Of a DNA stretch of 13,627 bases, positions 1 to 6,667 are shown piece by piece. This DNA comes from Planctomycetota bacterium (GTDB lineage Bacteria > Planctomycetota > UBA8108 > UBA1146): assembly GCA_036338595.1 (NCBI GenBank), contig JAYZBV010000050.1, positions 1 through 13,627 of the forward strand, written 5' to 3'. The position numbers were made by a program, and so were the translations under genes. The first letter of the stretch is position 1, and the number at the start of each line of letters is the position of its first letter. The notes under the pieces are model-generated. The model had not been told where the DNA came from. It worked only from the letters and a program-made list of their open reading frames with translations, and did no database searches.

Positions 1-249
1 GAGAAGATGGCCGCCAGGGAACTGCGGAGAATCGGCATCGAGGGGGCGACCCTGCTCGGGCACGGTGATCGATTCCGTCACGCCATCACACACCGACGGC
101 TGCAGATCTATCCGCTCGTCTATCAATTCACCGGAGAGATCCCGGAAGCAGCGACCACGATCCCCATCGAGGAAGGCAGTCGCCTACCGGCGCTGTATCG
201 CAAAGCACTGGCCGCAGCACAGAAACTACTTCTCGAGGAGCCAAGGTGA
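1..249 (+). CDS. mutY: 3' end of probable A/G-specific adenine DNA glycosylase MutY (C-terminal NUDIX-like domain); 5'-truncated by the window edge
   Basis: Frame is open from base 1 to TGA at 247-249. FRHAITHRRL resembles the MutY C-terminal H-x-F/I-T/S-H-x-x-L motif, and LPALYRKAL resembles the terminal LP-x-x-x-x-K-x-L helix. The catalytic domain is outside the window. Confidence 0.65.
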   Translation, partial: EKMAARELRRIGIEGATLLGHGDRFRHAITHRRLQIYPLVYQFTGEIPEAATTIPIEEGSRLPALYRKALAAAQKLLLEEPR

Positions 250-1157
250 TGACGCGCTGTATCACGACAGCCAGACAATGGCGAGAACACACTCCTCGAT
301 CGATGCCTGCCGAGGCTGCCGTGACCGGGGCACTGATGTGTCCTCCAGACCATTTCGATGTGGTCGACATCCGCAATGCTCACATGGAAGGTCAGATTGG
401 AAGCATCGACAAGCAACTGGCTCACTCTCAATGGACCGCGCTGGTCGATGCCATCGAATCGCTCGGCTTGTCGATCCATCTGCTGCCTGCCAGGCCACAT
501 CTGGTCGATGCAGTATTCACTGCCAACCCTTCACTCGTCACCAATGACTCCGGGGGAAATCCCTGTGCGATCATCGGACGCATGAGCCACCCGAACCGCA
601 CCGAGGAAAACGCGCTTCATCGAACCGCTCTCGAAGAAATCGGAGTTCGCTGTGAAGATTTGCCTCCGGGGTGCGAGGGTTGCTGGGAGGGAAACGGCGA
701 TACCCTCAAGCATCCTGGGCGTGCGCTGATCTGGTGCGGAGTCGGGTCGAGGAGTTCTGCCGCGTGCCACCGACAGGCAGGTGTCATCCTCGGGCATGAT
801 GTGGCCCTGCTGACTCTCACCGATCCTTGCTTCTATCACCTCGATACGGCGCTGGCTATCATCGATCGGAAGCGCGCCGCCGTGGTCAGACGAGCCTTTG
901 ACGACGATGGCATGGCGCTGCTCGAGGAAGCGTTTGAGCAGCTGATCGAGGTCGATGAGTCGGAGGCAATGGAGCAACTGGCGGGCAATCTCTGGTGCCC
1001 CGATGGTCAGCACGTCTTGATGCCGTCGAAGGCTCCTGTCACCAGAGAACGCCTCATCCAGCAGCAACTGGATGTGGTAGAAATCGACACGGCAGAGTTC
1101 CTCAAGTCGGGAGGCAGTGTGTTTTGCATGAGACAGGAGATCCGTGAATCGGTCTGA
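249..1157 (+). CDS. Amidinotransferase / guanidino-group-modifying (pentein) superfamily hydrolase, DDAH / ArgZ arginine-dihydrolase-like
   Basis: Motifs LMCPPDHFDV, DAVFTAN, WEGNGD, FYHLDT and EFLKSGGSVFCM (Cys-His-Glu/Asp catalytic set). The start overlaps the upstream stop (GTGATG: GTG at 246 or ATG at 249). Confidence 0.88.
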   Translation: MTRCITTARQWREHTPRSMPAEAAVTGALMCPPDHFDVVDIRNAHMEGQIGSIDKQLAHSQWTALVDAIESLGLSIHLLPARPHLVDAVFTANPSLVTNDSGGNPCAIIGRMSHPNRTEENALHRTALEEIGVRCEDLPPGCEGCWEGNGDTLKHPGRALIWCGVGSRSSAACHRQAGVILGHDVALLTLTDPCFYHLDTALAIIDRKRAAVVRRAFDDDGMALLEEAFEQLIEVDESEAMEQLAGNLWCPDGQHVLMPSKAPVTRERLIQQQLDVVEIDTAEFLKSGGSVFCMRQEIRESV

Positions 1158-1818
1158 ATTTGATCACCGAGTCGACATGTTCATCCGGCTCCTGCGAAAA
1201 CCCGCCCCCACTGGCATCTTTCATCCGTGGCGAGATGTCGATGAAGAACTCGATCAGCCTCGCGCAGCCAGGATCCGCTCCGACAATCTGGCGCTCTACC
1301 TTCGTGCCCATGAAAACGCCCGTGCCATCCTGGTCGGAGAAGCGGCGGGGTGGGCTGGGTGCCGTTTCACGGGGATTCCCTTCACCGGCGAGAACCTGTT
1401 CGATGGTTCCGATCAGCTGGAGTGGACCAACGGACTGGCGCTGAAGCGATCCTCGAGGAAAGAGACCCCCTACAAGGAGCGGTCGGCGACCGTCGTCTGG
1501 GGAGAGATCGCAGGCGATCGAAATATCGTGCTGTGGAACGCCGTGCCGTGGCATCCGCATCGAGCCGGTGAACCACTGACCAATCGCAAGCCAACTCGAC
1601 CGGAGCAGGAAGCGGGCAAGGCGATCCTGATGCAATACCTGCAACTGTTCGGTCAGGCGGAGCCGGTCGCCATTGGAAGGGTGTCACAGGAGGTGCTCGC
1701 CAGGCTCGGAATCGAGGCGGGTTACATCCGCCACCCATCGATGGGTGGGCACAATAAATTCCGAGAGGGTGTCCGTCAGTTGCGAAAAAGACTCAGGTCT
1801 GCTTCACCCGCTCGATGA
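1144..1818 (+). CDS. Uracil-DNA glycosylase superfamily protein (no Fe-S cluster cysteines)
   Basis: Motif 1 LVGEAAGWAGCRFTGIPFT, central WNAVPWHPH...NRKPT, motif 2 IRHPSMGG. GTG start at 1144 preceded by AGGAG; alternative ATG at 1177. Only one Cys in the protein. Confidence 0.88.
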   Translation: MNRSEFDHRVDMFIRLLRKPAPTGIFHPWRDVDEELDQPRAARIRSDNLALYLRAHENARAILVGEAAGWAGCRFTGIPFTGENLFDGSDQLEWTNGLALKRSSRKETPYKERSATVVWGEIAGDRNIVLWNAVPWHPHRAGEPLTNRKPTRPEQEAGKAILMQYLQLFGQAEPVAIGRVSQEVLARLGIEAGYIRHPSMGGHNKFREGVRQLRKRLRSASPAR

Positions 1819-2362
1819 AGTCCCCGGTCTCGGTTGATATCTTGACCAGATCCCCCTCGGCGACATGGTTGGGAATCTTCACCTGAAGACCGGTTTCGAG
1901 TGTCGCTGGCTTGAAGACATTGTTGACCGAGTCGCCCTTGAATCCCGGCTCCGTCTCGGTGATCTGGAGTATCACTGCCGACGGAAGATCCACCGACACC
2001 GATTTCCCCTCGTGAAAGGTGACAACCACCTTCTCGTTATGCTTCACATAGGGCATCAGGTCGCCAACGAAATCAGCGTGAAGCTGATACTGCTCGAAGT
2101 CTTCCGTATCCATGAACACGAAGAACTCACCATCGGGGTACAGGTACTCGCAATCCTTCTTGTCCAGGTATGCGGTTTCTACCTTGTCTGCTGAACGGAA
2201 GCGATGAGTGATGTGATCGCCTCGCCGAAGGTTCTTCAATTTTGCCTGTACTGCGCCGCCACCCTTGGAGAGTTTCTTCTGCTCCAGCTTCACACAGACC
2301 CACAGGTCATTCTCGTAGTTGATCACCTGTCCTACCCTCAACTGGGTCGCTGGAACCGCCAT
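1793..2362 (-). CDS. efp: Translation elongation factor P
   Basis: 189 aa with EF-P motifs KLKNL..G, YLY.DG..FVFMD.E.FEQ, TEPGFKGDS, KPATLETG. ATG at 2362 is preceded by AGAGGAGAGGG, so it is preferred over 2380. Confidence 0.96.
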   Translation of the reverse strand: MAVPATQLRVGQVINYENDLWVCVKLEQKKLSKGGGAVQAKLKNLRRGDHITHRFRSADKVETAYLDKKDCEYLYPDGEFFVFMDTEDFEQYQLHADFVGDLMPYVKHNEKVVVTFHEGKSVSVDLPSAVILQITETEPGFKGDSVNNVFKPATLETGLQVKIPNHVAEGDLVKISTETGDFIERVKQT

Positions 2363-2422
2363 CGATCCCTCTCCTCTCATGGTGCGTCAAGCACGGACGT
2401 CAAGTTGCTGATTCTGCGTGGA

Positions 2423-2431
2423 AGCATACCA
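2423..2431 (-). promoter_or_regulatory. Candidate extended -10 promoter for efp (TGgTATGCT)
   Basis: The minus strand reads TG-g-TATGCT about 60 nt upstream of the efp ATG in the 107-bp intergenic gap. The hexamer at 17-nt spacing (TACGAA) is a poor -35. Confidence 0.4.
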
Positions 2432-2469
2432 CGGGCGATGTCGAATTCGTATCCGTAGCCACCAGAGTG

Positions 2470-4035
2470 TTATGGCTCCACTGGTTCTGGATCGCCCAGT
2501 CCCGTCTCGCCCTCTTTCGAAGCGACGATGGCGCTACCGACGGTATCGCTCCAGACATTGACCACGGTACGACACATGTCCAGCGGCCGATCGACTGCCA
2601 GCAGCAAGGCGGCCCCCTCGAGGGGCAACTTCAAGGCACTGAGGATCGTCAGCATCATCACCAGTCCAGCAGACGGGATTCCTGCAGCCCCGATGGAAGC
2701 GAGAAATGCAGCCATGACGACCGTGACCTGGGCGCTGAAAGTCAGTTCGAAGTCTCCTGCAGAGGCGTAGTACTGAGCCAGAAAAACCACACCGATGCAC
2801 TCATACAGCGCCGTTCCATCCATGTTCACCGTCGCTCCGAGTGGAGCCACGAAGGATGAGGTGCGGTTGGACACACGGCCACGCCTCTTGAGTGTGTTGA
2901 GGGTCGTTGGCAAGGTCATCGCTGAGGACGAGGTAGAAAATGCGGTCATCAGGGCCGGACTCATCGCCCGGACCCACTTCAGAGGTGACACCCCTCCCAC
3001 CACCTTGAGGAGCAGTGGCAGGACCACGCAACTGTGGATGATCAATGCCAGCATCACCGTCATCATGTAGGCACCCAGAGGTCGGAAGATGTCGAACCCG
3101 GTTTCCCCCACCACCTTGACCAATAGACAGAAGACACCGTAGGGGACCAGAAGCATCACCCAGGACGCCATTCGCATCACCACATCGAAAGCGGATTCGA
3201 AGAGGTCCAGCATGAAGCGTTTCGGCTTGTCGGAGGCCTTCGTGATGAAGAACCCGAACAGCAGCGAGAAGAAGATCACCTGCAGCATGTTGCCGTTACC
3301 TGTGAATGCGTTGAACGCATTTTCTGGCACCATCCTGCGCAGGATATCGAGCCAGTTCTCACTTCTCTGGCCGAAGTCTGCATCGGGGGAGATCCCCAGG
3401 CGAGCCCCGACGCCAGGTTGAAGAATATTGACCAGCAGCATTCCCAGGCCCACCGCCAGGAACGACGTGGTGGCGTAATAACCGAATGTTCTTCCACCCA
3501 TGCGGCCAAAATCGCTGCCGCCACCGATGCCAGCCACGCCGGTGACGATGGAAGTCACGACAAGAGGCATGATCAGCATCTTCAGCAATCGCATGAAGAT
3601 GTCTGCGACAAATATGAAGGGAGCCAACCATCTGGCACGTGCTGATTCTGGATCGAGAGCGACCAGCGCACTTCGCTTTTCGCCAGAGACCAGCTCGATG
3701 GTCGCCACACCTCCCGAGCCTTTCTGGGCCAGAAACTCCGCCAGCACCTGTGGCGATGTGGTGACGATCATCGATTCATCCGTCATGCCTGCGTTGATCG
3801 AGATCCGACTCACAACATCACCGATCTGGATGCTCTCGGTCGTGCTTCTTCCCTTGGGGAGTAACTGCTGGGAAATACCATCAACCCGGATTCCGACGAC
3901 CTGCCCATCCACTTCAACCACTTGCTGGGCAAAGTTTGCGCCGATGGTTCCGGGGGCCTCGGTGAACTGCTGAAGCCCGAAACCAACCAGCACTCCAGCG
4001 ACGAGCCAGACCATGATCTTCCAGTGCTGTTTCAT
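2470..4035 (-). CDS. Dicarboxylate/amino acid:cation symporter (DAACS, GltP/GltPh-like), probably Na+-coupled Asp/Glu uptake, with an N-terminal soluble insert
   Basis: HP1 AFSTSSSAMTLP, TM7 GATVNMDGTALYE, HP2 ASIGAAGIPSAG, TM8 DRPLDMCRTVVNVWSD (D-x-x-R as in acidic amino acid transporters). RBS AAGAGGAG precedes ATG 4035. Confidence 0.93.
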   Translation of the reverse strand: MKQHWKIMVWLVAGVLVGFGLQQFTEAPGTIGANFAQQVVEVDGQVVGIRVDGISQQLLPKGRSTTESIQIGDVVSRISINAGMTDESMIVTTSPQVLAEFLAQKGSGGVATIELVSGEKRSALVALDPESARARWLAPFIFVADIFMRLLKMLIMPLVVTSIVTGVAGIGGGSDFGRMGGRTFGYYATTSFLAVGLGMLLVNILQPGVGARLGISPDADFGQRSENWLDILRRMVPENAFNAFTGNGNMLQVIFFSLLFGFFITKASDKPKRFMLDLFESAFDVVMRMASWVMLLVPYGVFCLLVKVVGETGFDIFRPLGAYMMTVMLALIIHSCVVLPLLLKVVGGVSPLKWVRAMSPALMTAFSTSSSAMTLPTTLNTLKRRGRVSNRTSSFVAPLGATVNMDGTALYECIGVVFLAQYYASAGDFELTFSAQVTVVMAAFLASIGAAGIPSAGLVMMLTILSALKLPLEGAALLLAVDRPLDMCRTVVNVWSDTVGSAIVASKEGETGLGDPEPVEP

Positions 4036-4049
4036 CTCGCTCCTCTTGC

Positions 4050-5351
4050 TCAGGATCGTGAAGTGATGATGGAACAGGACATCTGTTCCGGAATCAGGTG
4101 CTCCTGCAATCGCGCCTCGACTTCCTCATGACGGATCTCGGAAAGCAGGTCAACCACCTCAAAGGGATCCGCCCCCAGAAATCGAGTACCACAGTAGCTG
4201 CTGGCTATATGCTCCAGTGAATTGAAGGCTCGCAACAGGTATCCGATTGCGGAACGTCGCTGACGTTCGATATCAGCAGGATCGATGCCGCAACTGCGTA
4301 TCTGCCCCACCTGCTCGCGAATCGTGGTGACCAGTTGATCAGGATCGGCAGAGTCACCGCCACTGACCGAGTGCCCCACATCGGAATGAATCTGGTATGA
4401 AGTGCCGAAGGAGTCATCGATCAGTTCCCTGGCATACAACTGCTCGAACAGCGGGCCACTTTGACCGAATACACACTCGAGCATCAGTTCCGTGACCAGT
4501 TCCTTACGCATCAATTCGCTGCCAAACAAACCGGAATGGATGTCCTTCCAGCCAAACAACACCTTCGAGCGCCCCACCTGCATCTGTTGACGAACCTCGG
4601 CCTGGGCGGGACCCGCCGACTCCGGAGTGAGAATCTTCTCGATCTCAGGGGTGGGACCGAGGTCGGTCTCGGACAGTAGTCGCCCAGCGTGTTCGAAGTA
4701 GGATTCCTCGTCCTCATCGGCAACCGCCAGCAGGATCATGTTCGATGGGTGATAAAATGCAGACCAGCACCGATCGAGGATCTCCGGAGTGATCCCTGCG
4801 ATGGTTTGCTCGGTTCCTGCGATGTCCTTCGCAACAGGGTGATCTCGATACAATCCGCCGAGCAGGTTGAAGTACACTCTCCAGCCTGGGTTGTCGGCGT
4901 ACATGCGAATCTCCTGGCCGATGATCCCCTTCTCCTTCTCAACATTCTCATCCGTGAAGTGGGGCTGCTGCACGAATCGCACCAGATGCTCCAGGCACGG
5001 AAAGAACTGATCCACACATGAGAAGAGGTAGGTGGTTCCAACGAAGCTCGTGAATGCATTTGCGCTGGCACCGAGCCTGCTGAACTGCGTGAATGCGTCT
5101 TCTTCTGGCCCCTCGAACATCTTGTGCTCCAGGAAGTGCGCAATGCCATCGGGCAGTTCCTGCTCAGGTCCATCACCGATGCGATAGCGGTTGTCAACAC
5201 TACCGAAACGCGTGGCGAAGCAGGCGTAGCGACGCAGGTAGCCCGGTTTCCGACAGAACGCAACGGTCGCACCGCTGACATGAGTTCGCTCTATGACTCG
5301 CTCCCCGAGTGTATGATTCTCGAGGATCTTTTCCTGACCTGTCCAGGTCAC
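4050..5351 (-). CDS. M16 family zinc peptidase, catalytic subunit, YmfH-like
   Basis: Inverted zinc motif in PDGIAHFLEHKMFE, then LGASANAFTSF and ENVEKEKGIIGQEIRMY.DNP.W, typical of Bacillota YmfH-type proteins. The GTG start overlaps the upstream stop (GTGA) and follows GAGGAGG. Confidence 0.9.
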   Translation of the reverse strand: MTWTGQEKILENHTLGERVIERTHVSGATVAFCRKPGYLRRYACFATRFGSVDNRYRIGDGPEQELPDGIAHFLEHKMFEGPEEDAFTQFSRLGASANAFTSFVGTTYLFSCVDQFFPCLEHLVRFVQQPHFTDENVEKEKGIIGQEIRMYADNPGWRVYFNLLGGLYRDHPVAKDIAGTEQTIAGITPEILDRCWSAFYHPSNMILLAVADEDEESYFEHAGRLLSETDLGPTPEIEKILTPESAGPAQAEVRQQMQVGRSKVLFGWKDIHSGLFGSELMRKELVTELMLECVFGQSGPLFEQLYARELIDDSFGTSYQIHSDVGHSVSGGDSADPDQLVTTIREQVGQIRSCGIDPADIERQRRSAIGYLLRAFNSLEHIASSYCGTRFLGADPFEVVDLLSEIRHEEVEARLQEHLIPEQMSCSIITSRS

Positions 5352-6667
5352 GAGGCCTCCTCGTCCGGATCATTGCGTTGCTGCGGTGAGAGCAGATAGA
5401 CCAGATCAGGTTGCAGGTACCCGGCAGCCTCGACGACCGCTTCTCTGGTCACCTGAGCCACTCGCTGGCGCAGCTGATCGATGTCTGGATCGCGTCCGAC
5501 CAGTCGGGAGACCAGGTCAAACTCTGCCATCGCGGCGGGAGAGTCGGTCGCCATTCTCAGACGGGAGTCCCACGAATCGATGGTCATCTGGAATTCCTCG
5601 TCCGTGAATTTGCCCATCTTCACGACATCGATCTGTTCGAAGATGCTCTCTCTGGTTCTCGAAGCCGCATCTCCATCGATTCCTGCACTCACCAGCATCA
5701 GCCCTGCGCTACCGTCGATATGAGAATTGATCGAGTAGCAGAGGCTCTGCTTCTCCCTCACCTGGGTGAAGAGTCGCGAATGCGAGAAACCGCCAAGAAC
5801 GCCATTGGCGATCATCATCGCCTCATGAAGGGGGTCACCATGACCTGTATTGGTCCTCAAGGAGATGACAAGATTGGCCTGATTCCCCTCGAACTGCTCC
5901 TCCACATCTGTCAGATTTTCTGCGCCCCTCCTTGGATGCTTCGGCGACAGAGGAGTGACGTCTCGACTGCGTCCAGCGGTCAAGGGCAGTAGCACCGCTG
6001 CCACCTCATCTGGATCCACCTCACCGCTGAAATGGATATACATCGGGTCCTTCTCGATCGCCTGTCGCCAGGCTGAAGTGACCGACTGAGGAGTGGCGAG
6101 TCCCAGTTCCTCGATGGTGCCGTATTCGTGGAAGCGCCACGGCTCGTCCGAGCAGGTCTCCTCCACGCAGCGTTGCATCGCCCAGGAACGCTTATCATCG
6201 AAGCGTCCCTCGATGGCCCTTCGATGCTGGGCCATCTCGGTCTTGACCGTCTGGCTGATAAATTGTCCTTCGGAAAGAAGCGGCTGTTGAATCACTTCCC
6301 GGATGAAATCGACAGCATCTGCGAGAACGGCGGCATCTCCAGGAAGACGCGAATCCTCGGGAAACTCCGCCTTGAGCGAGAAGATATGGCGCTGCCCTGC
6401 TCGATCGACTGAAGCACTGAGGACCAGACCCCACAGTTCCTCACTTCTTCGGCTGATCTCCCTGAGAGAAGGGTGAGCATCGGACCCCCGCAACAGGCAG
6501 GCGGGGACCAGGCATCGAAGCGCAGCACCCTCTCCGAGATCAGTGATCCAGGAGACTCGCAGGGAACTGGTCTTCCTCCACGGCTCGCGACGAATGTGGA
6601 GGGTGGTGCCAGGAGCGGACTCCCGGGTATCGAACCCAGCAACCTCTCCCGAGAACAATCGGATCAA
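5348..6667 (-). CDS. M16 family peptidase-like non-catalytic subunit, YmfF-like
   Basis: No HxxEH. C-terminal NGVLGGFSHSRLFTQVREKQSLCYSINS carries the M16 R/Y substrate-binding motif. The TTG start overlaps the upstream stop (TTGA) and follows GGGGAGG. Confidence 0.87.
   Translation of the reverse strand: MIRLFSGEVAGFDTRESAPGTTLHIRREPWRKTSSLRVSWITDLGEGAALRCLVPACLLRGSDAHPSLREISRRSEELWGLVLSASVDRAGQRHIFSLKAEFPEDSRLPGDAAVLADAVDFIREVIQQPLLSEGQFISQTVKTEMAQHRRAIEGRFDDKRSWAMQRCVEETCSDEPWRFHEYGTIEELGLATPQSVTSAWRQAIEKDPMYIHFSGEVDPDEVAAVLLPLTAGRSRDVTPLSPKHPRRGAENLTDVEEQFEGNQANLVISLRTNTGHGDPLHEAMMIANGVLGGFSHSRLFTQVREKQSLCYSINSHIDGSAGLMLVSAGIDGDAASRTRESIFEQIDVVKMGKFTDEEFQMTIDSWDSRLRMATDSPAAMAEFDLVSRLVGRDPDIDQLRQRVAQVTREAVVEAAGYLQPDLVYLLSPQQRNDPDEEAS

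Noticed and set aside
4050..6667. M16 pair as RiPP-processing peptidases (PqqF/G- or AlbE/F-like)
   Set aside because: No precursor peptide, radical SAM enzyme or exporter nearby, and the motifs fit housekeeping YmfF/YmfH-type proteins better.
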